Assembly: GCF_006345805.1 (NCBI RefSeq)
Contig: NC_043000.1
Span: 40,052,001-40,116,000 of the forward strand
Reading direction: 5' to 3'
Origin: Octopus sinensis
Lineage: Eukaryota
DNA length: 64,000 nucleotides
Position 1 is the first letter of the stretch, and the number at the start of each line of letters is the position of its first letter. The translations under genes and the position numbers were made by a program. This document shows, piece by piece, positions 25,225 through 37,495 of this stretch. A model generated the notes under the pieces. It made no database searches, had not been told where the DNA came from, and saw only the letters and a list, made by a program, of their open reading frames with translations.

Positions 25225-26962
25225 CTCTTTTATCAAGCAAGACTGTTTCACTGAAGAAGTTTGGGTTCTGTCTTTTTTTCTACTTACTAATACCTTCATA
25301 TTTGCTAAGTTTAACTTGAGACTTCTTGATTGTAAGTTTAGCTTCCATACCTAGAATATTTTCTCTAATTGCAGTATACATTCATTAATGAGAACTGGAT
25401 CATCAGAATATAAGAGCTCCTGAACTTTTGTGTGATATTCTGGAGGACTATGGTAAATATAAAAGGGATGAGAAGTGAAATTTGATGGACTCTTCTTTCA
25501 TGCTGAACTTATTGTGAACTCTTGGTTACTGCATCTTTGTACACAAGGTGCTGAAAAGTTCCTGGCTTTGGGTAAGAGAAAATACAGGAGGATTAGTTAA
25601 TTATGATTTTATTTCAACATATTCCCCTCACAGATTCATACACTTATTGCAGCAGTCGTTTAGTTTTCCTAAGCCCTGTAAAAGATCTCAGAAGGGCCCC
25701 CAACCAGGCCTTTTGTGATACCCTTAAAATCAGGAATGTTTCAGCACCCTGTCCCACTAGCTTGCACAGGCCTCACAAACCATTTGTCTACACCTAGCTT
25801 CCATAATAACCCCCAAATTACAGAATGTGGCACTCTGTCAAAGGTCTTCTCCAATCCAATTAATGCCAAGAATAGTAGTTTACTCTTAGCCAAGTATTTC
25901 CCCTGCAGTTTCCTCACTAGAAAGATTGCATCTTTGATATCTCTGTTGAGCATGAAGCCAAACTGCACCCCATTTAGTTCACTCTGTTACAGATCAGTTG
26001 TGCTATGACTTTTCTTGACCTTCATAATCTAGTCCAGTAATTTGATGTCTATATAATATCCTCTTTCTAATGTTACTTGTTTGCTCTTGTAGTAGTTTAC
26101 AATGATACTTATTCACTCTCCATTGAATATGGTATTACTTGATTTATTTTCAGGGTGACTATCATATATCTTACCTCACCAGACATGTCACTATCACTGC
26201 TGGATCATCAGCTTTCCTTACCTTTGTTTCCTTAATCACTTAATCTACAGCATTCCTGTTAACTTGAATTGCTGGTCTCTCTGTAAGGTTAACATGACAT
26301 AGCTTGTCTTTATTCCACACTTTATCCACATCTCATATAAGTAATTTTGATGTATCTCCCTTGTCATTCACAGCAATAACACTTGTATCTGAATCAGTTC
26401 TGATGCCCCCCCCCCCCAATGACAATGACACTTCAGTTTTATCCAACACTCTTGCAATCCTGAATACCTCACATTTCTAGTCTCCAGGTTGGAGATCATG
26501 TGCAAATCTCTTCCTTTTTTGCTTTTCCCTCAGTTATGTATATTTGTCGCCTAGCTGGCTGTTCGCTTCCATCTTCCTTCTTGGCTTTCCAAACCTCTTT
26601 TGCAGCCTTATCAACCATATCATTCCACCATCATGTCACTTTCAATTTGGCTGGGATGTTCCATTACCAAATAATCTGGTCTGTAGCTCTAAGCAAGTCA
26701 TTTCTTAGGAACTCCCAGTTGTCATCTATGTTATAATTACTGAGGTATGTTATAGTTATCTAACTCAGTCATACACATGACAAACTGCAAGTTCTTTTAG
26801 CTTCTATGTCTTTCTTCTCTCTACAGTTTTGCCTTTGAGTCTGCCTGGCTCTGACTTTGTAGTCACTGACCACTAATCTTTGTATTTGTGCTGAGTATAG
26901 CACTCTTCACCAGGAAACATTTTGGTACATGCAATGGCTTTCCTTTCTTATTTCCTGATGAA
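25225..26962 (-). pseudogene. RTE-clade LINE fragment (end of APE endonuclease to RT), interrupted by a MITE
   Basis: FPGEECYTQH near 26920, QFGFM..DAIFLVRKLQ..LEKTFDRVP (25741-25968), ELLYSDD near 25400. Confidence 0.85.
25542..25751 (+). mobile_element. Mariner-type MITE (about 200 bp) inside the RTE RT
   Basis: TIR ggtgctgaaaagttcctgg / caggaatgtttcagcacc; homologous to 27016-27215 and 31592-31794. Confidence 0.75.
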
Positions 26963-27015
26963 TATGAGGCGCGCACACACACGCATGTGTATGAGCATTC
27001 ATATCTTTGTACATA

Positions 27016-27215
27016 TGAGGAAGTGCTGAAAAGCTCCTGACTGTGTAAAAGAAAGTGCAGGAGGATCAGTAAATTATATTTCTCTTTCAGATTCTCACAC
27101 TTACTGCAGTGGTCCTTCATTTTTTTCTAAGTCCTGTAAAAGAACTCAGAAGGTTGGGCATTCAACCAAGCCTTCCACAATACTCTTAACACCAGACACT
27201 TTTCAACATTCCTCG
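27016..27215 (+). mobile_element. Mariner-type MITE
   Basis: ta|tgaggaagtgctgaaaag ... cttttcaacattcctcg|ta, TA flanks. Confidence 0.75.
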
Positions 27216-27404
27216 TATATATTGTACGAGGGATGTATGAAAAGTTCTGAGCCTAGCCTAGAAACGGGGCTGCTATATAGCTGAAACAATTTTTTCTCGT
27301 AAGTACACTCTTTTTGAGTATTCTTGCTCATTTTCATGATTCTGATATTTTAATTTCTTTTGTTGCAGATTTTTTAATAAACAAGCTTCGAGTTTACAAG
27401 GAAA

Positions 27405-28706
27405 ATGGAGAAAACTGAGTATGGTGCTGTCATGAAGTACCTTCATTTGAAAGGCATGACTCCATCAGAAATCCATGAAGATATGGCAAGAACCTTAACA
27501 GACAATGCTCCTTCGTATGCAACAGTCAAATGCTGGGTAAATGAATTCAAGCGTGAGTGTGGTAAATGAATTCAAGGGAGAGTGTGGAAGATGATCCCAG
27601 ACCAGGGAGACTTCCAACTGCAATCACCAAGGACAACCCTGACCTTGCTCTTGGTATGATAATGCAAGATCGCCGAATATCATGTAGTCAAATAGCTGAG
27701 AGACTGGGCATCTCAAAAGAAATGCTGAAAGAGCATACAACATTGTAACAAAAGAACTTGGGTTCTCAAAGGTTTCTGCAAGGTGGGTCCCTCGCCTTTT
27801 AACTCCTGAACAGAAACGCACCAGATGCACTTTGTCCACGAGCAATCTGGAACTGTTTGAAGTTGATGAAGAGAATTTTCTAGTTTGTTTCATTACTATG
27901 GATGAAAGATGGGTTCATCTCTACCAGCCTGAAACCAAAGAACAATCAAAGCAGTGGAAGCACACATCTACTCCTACCTCAAAGAAGGCCAGGGTCATTC
28001 TTTAAGCTGGCAAGGTCATGGCGTCCGTTTTTGGGGATTCTCAAGGTGTCTTGCTGATCGATTACCTTGAAAAGGGTCACACCATGATAGGGTTGTATTA
28101 TTCTCAGCTACTGAAACACCACCGAGAATCAATCAAAGGAAAAAGGCCGAGAATGCTCACCAGAGGAGTCCTTTTTCATCACGACAATGCTCCAGTGCAC
28201 ACCTCAGTGGTTACCATGTCAACAATTCGTGATTGTGGACTTGTTCCTCACCCGCCTTATTCGCCAGGCTTAGCTCCCTCTGACTTTTATCTATTTCCAA
28301 AAATGAAAAAAGTCCAGGCTGGTCACCATTTTGCCAGTGACAATGACATCATAGACGCTGTAGGAAGTTTCTTGGAGTCTCGAACAAAAGAGTTCTACGC
28401 CGAGATATAGGCAGCAAGCTGGCAGAAACGTTAGCACGCCGGGCGAAATGCATGGCGTATTTCGTTTGCCGTTACGTTCTGAGTTCAAATTCCGCCGAGG
28501 TCGACTTTGCCTTTCATCCTTTCGGGGTCGATAAATAAAGTACCAGTTACACATTGGGGTCGATATAATCGACTTAATCCGTTTGTCTGTCTATGTTTGT
28601 CTCCTCTGTGTTTAGCCCCTTGTGGGTAGTAAAGAAACAAATATAGGCGCTTCAGCACCGCTGGAAAAAATGTTGAGCCATCGAGGGGGACTATGTTGAA
28701 AAATAA
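27405..28706 (+). pseudogene. Mariner transposase pseudogene
   Basis: MEKTEYGAVMKYL, WVPRLLT, TMDERWV, HHDNAPVH, HPPYSPGLAPSDFYLF and GDYVEK*; frameshifts, stops and a SINE insertion. Confidence 0.92.
28410..28640 (+). mobile_element. SINE family B (tail type 1), full length, inside the mariner ORF
   Basis: Complete head, central domain and tail; the transposase frame resumes after it (ALQHRWKKC). Confidence 0.9.
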
Positions 28707-30386
28707 ATCATCAGAAGTCTTGTACCATGTTTTGATTTTTTGAGGTTCAAGACTTTTCATACACCCCTCGCATATACTTGCAGAAACATTGCACTTCCAG
28801 TTTATGTTGAACTGAAAATTATACTGTGGAAATGAATTGGAGTGTATTTGGTATTATAATTAGGAGTATGTGTGTTTGTTAAATTATAATGTTCAATGAT
28901 AATAAACTATAGGTACATGGCTTAAATTTTGGAGGAGTGGGGGCTATCGATTACATTGACTGGTACTAATTTTTTTTCAATCCTGAAAGGTTGAAAGGCA
29001 TAGTCAACCATAGGAACATTTGAACTCAGAACACAAATGCTGTTAAGCATTTTGTCTGACGTGATAGTGGCTCTGCCATCTCGCAGCCTTTGTTAAATAA
29101 TAAAGATAAATCAGAAGTTGTAACGATAGAGTTCTTTAGTTTATTTATACAAAGATACAAAAGGTAACCAAAATTTCTCAAACAAATGAAATAAAACATT
29201 GCTTAACTTTTTATTAAATTTTAAAACATTGCTTAAATTTTTATTAAATTTTAATAATTACACTGGTCAATAAAATTAAATGTATTATACTCATTACGAA
29301 TGCAAACCAACTTTTCAAGATTAATTTTTCATGCTGATTTCAAAATTTTACTCCATTTGTATGCACCATGTACTAGTTTTTCAGTAGAAACATGCAAATA
29401 TTTACATATTTGTATGTATAAAATCATTAACGTAATAAATAAAGAGATATTATTTTTGGAAAGGAAATGAGTTGATTGAACTAAAAATCATCACTATCTT
29501 TCTACAAAGAGTGAATACACAACACATAGGTCAGACAAAACAGAAAACATTAGAACAACAGAGTTAGAAACATTGTGATTTAGATTTCCTGTGGTGTTCC
29601 TGTGGTATTCCTTATCTAGTTGATCACGGTAAAGTGTCCAGCATACTGTCTACCAGTATACGAAGTTTAAAATTTTTCAGTTACCTAGAAATTATGTTAA
29701 AAACTGCCGTTCAAACAGAAAAGATCCGAACCATCTTCTGCTGTATAGATACACACACACACACACACACATGCACATACATACACACACGCACTCACAC
29801 ACGTCTTAAAATAATTAGCAGGTGTCAAAATTGATTATTTTGTTTTTACTTGGCACCCCATCGTCATACATCTAAAAAGAGGGGAAATGTTTTTCAAATT
29901 TCAAAAACGATAAAAGTTGTAGAAGAATAAAAGAGCTACAAAACAACCGAAACACAAAGATAAAAATATTTTTCGTCTTAATTCAAATAAAATCGGAAAC
30001 AAACGAACAAATTTACCTGACAACGCAATATATTTTGGTTTAGGTATTGTTGTTGTTATTGTTCTTGTTGGGTTTGTTTAGTCTCATGTCGGCTCTGATT
30101 GTATCGACCTATATACAAAGTTTTTCTACTCTTGACCATCACGTCCATGTTTTTTCCTTCGATAGACATTAAGAATATTTAGAACTACATTATTCCATGT
30201 AACATTCCGTTTTTAAAATGGTATGTGTGATTTGAAAATGATTTCGTAGTTATTTCTAGCAGGTCGAGCGATTTGCTCTCAGCATGATGGGAAGCCCCTA
30301 CGCATTCAAGTTTAAAACACCGATCTCTGACAAAGTCCTCTAGAAACCCATAAAAAATGGTTTAAACTTTAAGGCCAAAAGAGTAA

Positions 30387-30763
30387 TCTATTATATAAAA
30401 TCCGTTCTGCGTGTGTGTGTGTGTGTGTGTGTCTTCTAGGATCTCGGGTATCCTCCATCCAATTGCGCTCAAATTTGATAAGTATATACCGACGGTATCA
30501 AGGTGTGTACAAATCTTGGAAAAATTACAAAAATCTATTCCAGGTGAGAATGCGATCGATAATGCCGTGGAAACCTGCATTTGTACGCGCAAGTACATCA
30601 GCTGTTGCGATCGATACTACGGGTACGCGAGAAAAAGTATCTTTATTTCTTCTTTTGCTGGTGTCTCAAATTTAAGTTAAATCAGTGTTTCTCAAAGGGG
30701 AGAAAATTTGGTTTAAATGTTTGACAACTCAGCACCGTCCATTGCACGGGGGCGTTTTGCTCG
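30387..30763 (+). mobile_element. Non-autonomous Helitron
   Basis: A|TCtattatataaaa start, (TG)n, hairpin ccgtccattgcacgg, CTCG|T end as a CTAG variant. Confidence 0.65.
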
Positions 30764-30859
30764 TTTACCATAAGATGAAAATCGCATTTGCATTTATGAA
30801 ATTAAAGAGTGAGACAAGCCATCGCAAATCCTTATTCATTTGCAGTTTGCTCCTTTTAT

Positions 30860-31075
30860 CTGTGTGTGTGTGTTTGTCACCCACCTCCGCTTGACAACCG
30901 GTGTTGGTGTGTTTACATCCCCGTAATTTAACGGTTTGGCGAACGAGTCCGATAAACAAAAATCCCAGGCTTAAAAATAATAAAAGCACTGGAGTTGATT
31001 CATTCGACTAAGAATACTTAAAGATGATGCCCCAGCATGGCCGTAATCTAATTACTGAAACAAGTAAAGATAAAC
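30860..31075 (+). mobile_element. SINE family A, 3' half
   Basis: cgcttgacaaccggtgttggtgtgtttac...cccagcatggccgtaatctaattactgaaac. Confidence 0.75.
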
Positions 31076-31591
31076 GATAAAAGTCATCTACTCATGTACA
31101 TACATACATACATACATACATACTTACATACACCCACAAATATATGTAACACCATAGCAATATTTCCACCGATGAGACTTAAAAAGTAAGAAAGCTATTT
31201 TTATTTTCTTATATTGTAATAAGAAAAATTACTATTCTAAACATATTATGTTATTGACTCAATGAATAAGGTTATTGACGTTGTTGACTTATGGTATATA
31301 TTATACGCCACGGTTAACAAGCCGGGCGAAGAGACTCGAACTGCGCACATATTACTTACCAGGCAGTCTGCCGATTACGACACAGTGTACCAGTCATTCC
31401 ATCAGATTCAAATAAATAGTATAGAAAGCGTTTTATACTATTGTATCTCTACAAGATAATTCACCAATCACTTAACGCTAGCGGCATAGGTAATTTTCAT
31501 AATGTACAACATAGCGAGATGCCCTATCTTGGATGAATGTCTGCGACGAGAAATAACCATATTAAAAATTTACTCCTATGATGTTTATGCA

Positions 31592-31794
31592 CGACGGTGT
31601 GCCAGAAAAGTTCCTGGCTTTAAGGGTATCGCGAAAGGCATTGTTGGTGGCCTAACCCTCCAAGTTCATTTTTCAGGGCTTAGAAAAACTGAAGATCCAC
31701 TGCAATAAGTGTGTGAGTCTGAATAAAATCATAATTAAATGATCCCCCTGTATTTTCTTTTACCCAAAGCCAGGAACTTTTCAGTACCCCTTCG
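31592..31794 (-). mobile_element. Mariner-type MITE
   Basis: TIRs gaaaagttcctggcttt / aaagccaggaacttttc; reverse copy of 25542-25751. Confidence 0.8.
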
Positions 31795-31874
31795 TAATTA
31801 ATATTAATAGCATAAAGGCAGCGCGTTGGCAGAATCGTTAGCACGCCGACATAATGCTCAGTAGCATTTACGTC

Positions 31875-32464
31875 TGTAGTGATCCTATATAACGGTGCGC
31901 GCACGCGCACCGTCCATTTCTATTTCGCGCGTGCGGTGTTGGTGCCTTCACCAAGGCAGAGAGGAAGGGCCCTCTCGCGCATGCGCGAAGCCCCGGAAGA
32001 AGGACCATTTGCCTACGTGGCAGTTAGCCGAGGCAAGGGGATCGTAGGACGTTGACCACTAGCGTCCAGCAGCAGTCATTGACTTGAGACAAAGCGACCG
32101 AAGGCAACGGACGTATATTTTCTCGCTGTCCATATTTGATAGCAGTCGGCCGAAGGCTTTTAACCAAATTGTTGCAGACAACATCATCTTCTTCTTTCCG
32201 GACGCCATCTTTGACCAGTGTCGTTAGCATTTGAACACTGTAGATTCTACAGCGATATAGTTCAGCTCTGACACATCTATACCAAAGGGATACCCAGATA
32301 TACCACTTATTTGTTACTGTCATAAGAGAATAAAGTAGATATATATATTTTACGTCTGCGTCTTGTTGTTTTTGACTGGTAGAATCTGGATTATTAAAGC
32401 AACGGAAAGTGATTGCTTCTCGCACCCCCAAAAGGTCCAGAGAAGATATTCACTAGTCGTTACA
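31875..32464 (+). repeat. 5' LTR
   Basis: Direct repeat of 33992-34581 (one difference seen: C32012/T34129); AATAAA at 32329-32334. Confidence 0.95.
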
Positions 32465-32465
32465 C

Positions 32466-32484
32466 TGGTGACCCCGACGTGATT
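32466..32484 (+). promoter_or_regulatory. Primer binding site complementary to the tRNA-Trp 3' end
   Basis: TGGTGACCCCGACGTGATT, 1 nt after the LTR, is the reverse complement of the metazoan tRNA-Trp end AATCACGTCGGGGTCACCA (recalled sequence). Confidence 0.88.
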
Positions 32485-33979
32485 CTGGTCTAAAACCAGA
32501 GATCACTTAACAACAAAGAAATCCAGTTTTCTGCCAGGTCGGAACACGATTTAACTCTACGCAGTCATCATCTTTCGACGATTTGTTTCCGGTCCCCTCG
32601 GACAGTTATAGAAGGAGCCTTTTTTATTCTTCAACATAATGACGGACGCCATCATATCATCGATGCTTTTTCTCTGCCTTCGTCATCATCATCGTCGTCT
32701 TAGAACTTCACGTCGTCGTTATCTTCGTCGCCATCACCACTAAGAACAATGTTTCTCAAGTCCACTACAGTCGCCTTCCACCACCACCGTTGCCTTTCAA
32801 CACCGTCGACACAATAAGATGTAAATAGCAACTCGCGGAAGTTTAGCCCACTTGCTGTTTGTGCATGGCACACCGGAATTAACAGCACCAGCACTATCTG
32901 CGAAATTCTTCTGTTCCAGTTAACCTGTCACAGCATTGAAGCCACAACCGCTACACGATATGTGTTCAACCGGCATCTGCATTTGTGATTTCAACATTCT
33001 GTTACAGAACGAACTGCTATTGTGCATCAGGCTATTGGAGACTGGTAAATTAACTCCATTGTCTGAGATAGCCCTGAGAGACATTTTTCTATGCGCTGTA
33101 TTTTAATTTTTGCTCGCATTCACCTTGTATGTATTTCTGTCGCACACACGTACACACACATAAATGCTATCTCTCTCACATACATACGTCACACATGCTT
33201 TTCTCGCTTGTTTTTTTCCATGCTAAATTTGCCTTTTGTGGACACACCTCATTTCTATAGACCCTAGGGGTCACGTATACATAGAGAGGGTTGTTTGTCC
33301 ATTATAACGCGCCGGCATGCCATACTTTTGTTCCTGTACGAACGAGGCATATAATCGCTCAACCACTGGCATATTCATTGCTGTTTTTTCGGTCTGGCAA
33401 GCCCTATTGCATTTCATGCGCATTTGCTCCGCACGTGTACTGCCTTGTTTTTGCAACACGTTTGCGTTAGCTTAATTCTTTTCCCGACTCATAGAACGTC
33501 GGATGTTCACATGCGCTGCGCCTATGTATAGGCGTAATTTTTTCCCTGTTAGACCCCTGTTGGTCACGTAATTAACAGAGAAAATTATCTGTGTCGCGCA
33601 TCACACCAGCATGCTTGCACTGTCGCCTTTTGTGTTACTGGCGATCTATCTGTCGGTTCCATTTCCTCTCCTGCAGCAATTGACTTAACTGCTATTTCGC
33701 AGGATCAACTACCTTTAGAGAAGTTGGATTTAATTTCGCCTAGGTTCATTAACTGTGAGTTTGCTTTCCTTCAGCGGAAGGCTCTATACTTTGTGACGTA
33801 TCCACCTTCACGCATGCACCTTTGATCTTTGCTCATTTTGAGTATTTTTTTCCTTTTGGTAAATTTCTTATGTATGATGTAAATTTTGCCATTTTATTAT
33901 ATTGTGTGCTATTTGGTTATCTGGTATCCGCCTTGAGTTTTATAGTCACTGCAGGGAATTTTGTGTCGTGCTTCGCACT

Positions 33980-33988
33980 GGGGCGGAG
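33980..33988 (+). promoter_or_regulatory. Polypurine tract
   Basis: GGGGCGGAG, 3 nt upstream of the 3' LTR. Confidence 0.7.
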
Positions 33989-33991
33989 CTC

Positions 33992-34581
33992 TGTAGTGAT
34001 CCTATATAACGGTGCGCGCACGCGCACCGTCCATTTCTATTTCGCGCGTGCGGTGTTGGTGCCTTCACCAAGGCAGAGAGGAAGGGCCCTCTCGCGCATG
34101 CGCGAAGCCCCGGAAGAAGGACCATTTGTCTACGTGGCAGTTAGCCGAGGCAAGGGGATCGTAGGACGTTGACCACTAGCGTCCAGCAGCAGTCATTGAC
34201 TTGAGACAAAGCGACCGAAGGCAACGGACGTATATTTTCTCGCTGTCCATATTTGATAGCAGTCGGCCGAAGGCTTTTAACCAAATTGTTGCAGACAACA
34301 TCATCTTCTTCTTTCCGGACGCCATCTTTGACCAGTGTCGTTAGCATTTGAACACTGTAGATTCTACAGCGATATAGTTCAGCTCTGACACATCTATACC
34401 AAAGGGATACCCAGATATACCACTTATTTGTTACTGTCATAAGAGAATAAAGTAGATATATATATTTTACGTCTGCGTCTTGTTGTTTTTGACTGGTAGA
34501 ATCTGGATTATTAAAGCAACGGAAAGTGATTGCTTCTCGCACCCCCAAAAGGTCCAGAGAAGATATTCACTAGTCGTTACA
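33992..34581 (+). repeat. 3' LTR
   Basis: Direct repeat of 31875-32464. Confidence 0.95.
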
Positions 34582-34585
34582 CGTC

Positions 34586-34970
34586 TGTCCTTATGTTGTG
34601 AGCTCAAATTTCGCCGAGGTCGACTTTGCCTTTCATCGTTTCGAGATCGATGAAACAAGTGCTGTTGAGGACTGAGGTTGATGTAATCGATTATCACCCT
34701 TCCCCCAAAATGTCAAGCCTTGTACCTAGAGTAGATAGGATACTCTATAGCACAAAGGCAGAGAGCTAGCTGAATCGTTCGCATGCCAGACAAATGCTTA
34801 ACGGCATTTTGACCGACTTTACGCACTGAGTTCAAATTCCTCCGACGTCGACTTTACCTTTCATTCTTTCGGCGTCGATAAATTAAGTACCAGTTGCGTA
34901 CTGGGGTCGATCTAATCGACTGGTCCCTCCCCCAAAATTTCGGGCCTTGTGCCTAGAGTAGAAAAGAATA
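34586..34970 (+). mobile_element. Remainder of the LTR-interrupted SINE B plus a second tandem SINE B (tail type 2)
   Basis: The head at 31816-31874 continues at 34586. The second copy, 34757-34970, ends aatttcgggccttgtgcctagagtagaaaagaat. Confidence 0.8.
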
Positions 34971-35054
34971 AGTACCAGTTGAGCACTGGAGTCGCTGTTA
35001 TCAACTAACCTTCTCTCCTCTAAATTTCAGGCTGGAGACTAAATGCCACAGCCC

Positions 35055-35720
35055 TGGTCGGGCGCGTATGGTCGTTAAAGGAAAGCGTCACGGAGTACAA
35101 CATAAAATGGAAAATCACAGAGGAGTACATGGCTTATTTTAATAGCAGCAGAAAAGAACCATATTAAAAACTTTCAACACCCAGACATCTACCTAAACTG
35201 CAGCAGTGAGGTTTATAGTCTTTGCCTACATGAAAAAAGGTATACCTTACTGCGCCTTCATAACTATCATCAGCTCTCCCCCTTCGACTCTTTCACCATC
35301 ACGTCCTGAGAATCCGACAAAGAGTTTAACCAAAACATACACAAACGAACACAGACGGATATCTTCCCAGCAACCCCCTTTTCCAATAAAAGATACCCCC
35401 TACACATGTTCCAACCCTACTGCCAACCCTCAATCCCTACTCACATTTTCAGAAAACTCTTGTAGACTTACAACTCAGAGACCTTTGGGGCCAAGAGAAG
35501 TAATTCTTAATTTAATCCTTGTTCAGTTCATTTCGTCTTTTTTCACAGCATACACAAACCGGTTGTAGTTTTCCACCTCCTACAACGGAGAACTCTGGCT
35601 AATTTTTTTTTCAAACCTGCTAGCTCTGACGATTACGCGGTATTATATAACCGTGCTGTTATCTGGCATTCAGTTTGACACCCTGTGCGAAACCAATTAG
35701 TAAGATCGGCGGTAATGGAT
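35055..35720 (+). mobile_element. Penelope-like element 3' fragment (GIY-YIG C-terminus remnant and hammerhead motif)
   Basis: Manual translation VWSLKESVTEYNIKWKI and LNCSSEVYSLCLH resembles the IWxLK..IxW..LNKRSE..CRH pattern of PLE endonucleases; CTGACGA...GAAA lies downstream. Confidence 0.65.
35622..35706 (+). ncRNA. Hammerhead-like motif with extended stem II, degenerate
   Basis: ct-CTGACGA (35626-32)...GAAA (35689-92)-ccaattag-TA-ag. Confidence 0.5.
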
Positions 35721-36749
35721 ATATAAAACTGTATACTTTAATGATATATGTGTGTGTGTGTGTGTGTGTGTGCGTGTGTGTGTGTACGTAAATATATGAT
35801 GATTATGATGTGTAGCAAAAAAAAAAAAAAATCCATGAATTTTGGAGAAAGCTCACTCAATTGGAATTTCATGCAAAAACTGGCAAAATTTCATTAACGA
35901 ACTGAAGTCTACGAGATGTGAATCGATTGAAGAATACACAGCTGTTTTAGTTTCAGTGATTTTTAAAAATAAAAAAAGGAAAGAAGAAAGAAAAAGAAAG
36001 AAAAGGGAAAAGAAAGAAAGCAAGGAAGGAAAAAAGAAAGAAAGAAATAAAGAAATACGATAAAAGTTTTGCTAATTTAAAAAAGAAAAACACAAACCGA
36101 AAGAATACTGTTGATGTCGCCAAGACAGCTTATGACTTACCGATAGAATTGATGAGTTCTCCGAAAATAAACTCTGAAGATTTTATTTATGCAAAAATTG
36201 ATAAATAAATAAATGAATAAATAAAAGTTCTTATTGAAACACAGGAAAAATACAGTTGAATATCCACGTCTACTTCAATGTACCTGTTGAATGATTTATT
36301 AATTTTTTGTTCCTCGACTATCTGCCGATGTAGAGAATCAATATTTTTCATATCTAACCCAAATCGAGACGCATTTCACGGTTCAGATAACGGCTATTCA
36401 CCCGGAGGAGCCGCCTAAGCTTCTCGCAATAATTTTGGAGCCAAATATTATATTTATTTAATGTATGAAGTAATCATAAAAATGTAATTGAAGTGAAAAA
36501 TATTCTGATTACTTTTTATTTTCATGATTTTTAAAATCATGTTCTTTGATATTTTGATCTCATATTAGTTTCAGTGATTGGACAGCGGCCATGCTAGAGC
36601 ACGTTTTCAAAGAGCTTTAGTCTGTTACGTTGGTTCCAGTACTTATTTGGGTACTCATCTTAATCTTTATGGAATGGCGACGTTCACCTGAATTTTTACG
36701 CTGATTTAGTTACACACGAACGCATGCGTGCACACACACACACACACAC

Positions 36750-36793
<44 letters not shown>

Positions 36794-37192
36794 GGGCGCA
36801 GGAGTGGCTGTGTGGTAAGTAGCTTGCTTACCAACCACATGGTTCCGGGTTCAGTCCCACTGCGTGGCACCTTGGGCAAGTGTCTTCTACTATAGCCTCG
36901 GGCCGACCAAAGCCTTGTGAGTGAATTTGCTAGATGGACATTGAAAGAAGCCCGTCGCATATATATATATATATATATATATGTGTGTATGTTTGTATGT
37001 CTGTGTTTGTCCCCCCAACATTGCTTGACAACCGAGGCTGGTGTGTTTACGTCCCCGTAACTTAGCGGTTCGGCAAGAGAGACCGATAGAATAAGTACTA
37101 GGCTTACAAAGAATAAGTCCTGGGGTCGATATGCTCGACTAAAGGCGGTGCTCCAGCATAGCCGCAGTCAAATGACAGAAACAAAGTAAAAC
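36794..37192 (+). mobile_element. SINE family A, best-preserved full-length copy
   Basis: A box tggctgtgtggt, B box ggttcagtccc, CORE-like ccttgggcaagtgtctt, internal (TA/TG)n, tail ggcggtgctccagcatagccgcagtcaaatgacagaaac. Confidence 0.9.
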
Positions 37193-37199
37193 AATATAT

Positions 37200-37377
37200 A
37201 TATCGTTAGCCACTACACACATTTTTTTCTCTCCTTGTTTTTTCTGTGCCGTTTTTTGTAGAAGAGCGTAGGCTCGAAACGTAAAAGAATTTTTCTATTC
37301 CTGATCGTTATACTAATACATCTGTTTGTTCTGTACACCACCTGTCTTCGTCTTTTATTTTTTTCGTAAACTCTTCC

Positions 37378-37380
<3 letters not shown>
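37200..37380 (+). mobile_element. Penelope-like terminal fragment with a decayed hammerhead
   Basis: ttgtaga-a-gagc-gtag-gctc-GAAA-cg-TA-aaa; related to 6316-6350 and 53688-53720. Confidence 0.5.
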
Positions 37381-37411
<31 letters not shown>

Positions 37412-37412
37412 A

Positions 37413-37495
<83 letters not shown>

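Larger units (their letters stand above)
27227..28770 (+). mobile_element. Full-length decayed mariner transposon (probably irritans/Hsmar2-like)
   Basis: TIRs cgagggatgtatgaaaagt / acttttcatacacccctcg with TA on the left; transposase remnants inside. Confidence 0.9.
31875..34581 (+). mobile_element. Complete non-autonomous LTR retrotransposon (Ty3/Gypsy, CsRn1-like signals), inserted in a SINE B head
   Basis: 590-bp TGTA...TACA LTRs, 4-bp TSD CGTC (31871-74, 34582-85), PBS, PPT, and a 1,527-bp interior with no gag/pol ORF. Confidence 0.93.

Noticed and set aside
32024-32431. 135-aa minus-strand ORF duplicated at 34141-34548
   Set aside because: It lies within the LTRs, so the identity reflects LTR duplication; non-ATG start and no recognizable motif.
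36794-36870. tRNA-like A and B boxes
   Set aside because: SINE head; I could not build a full cloverleaf and it continues into the SINE body.
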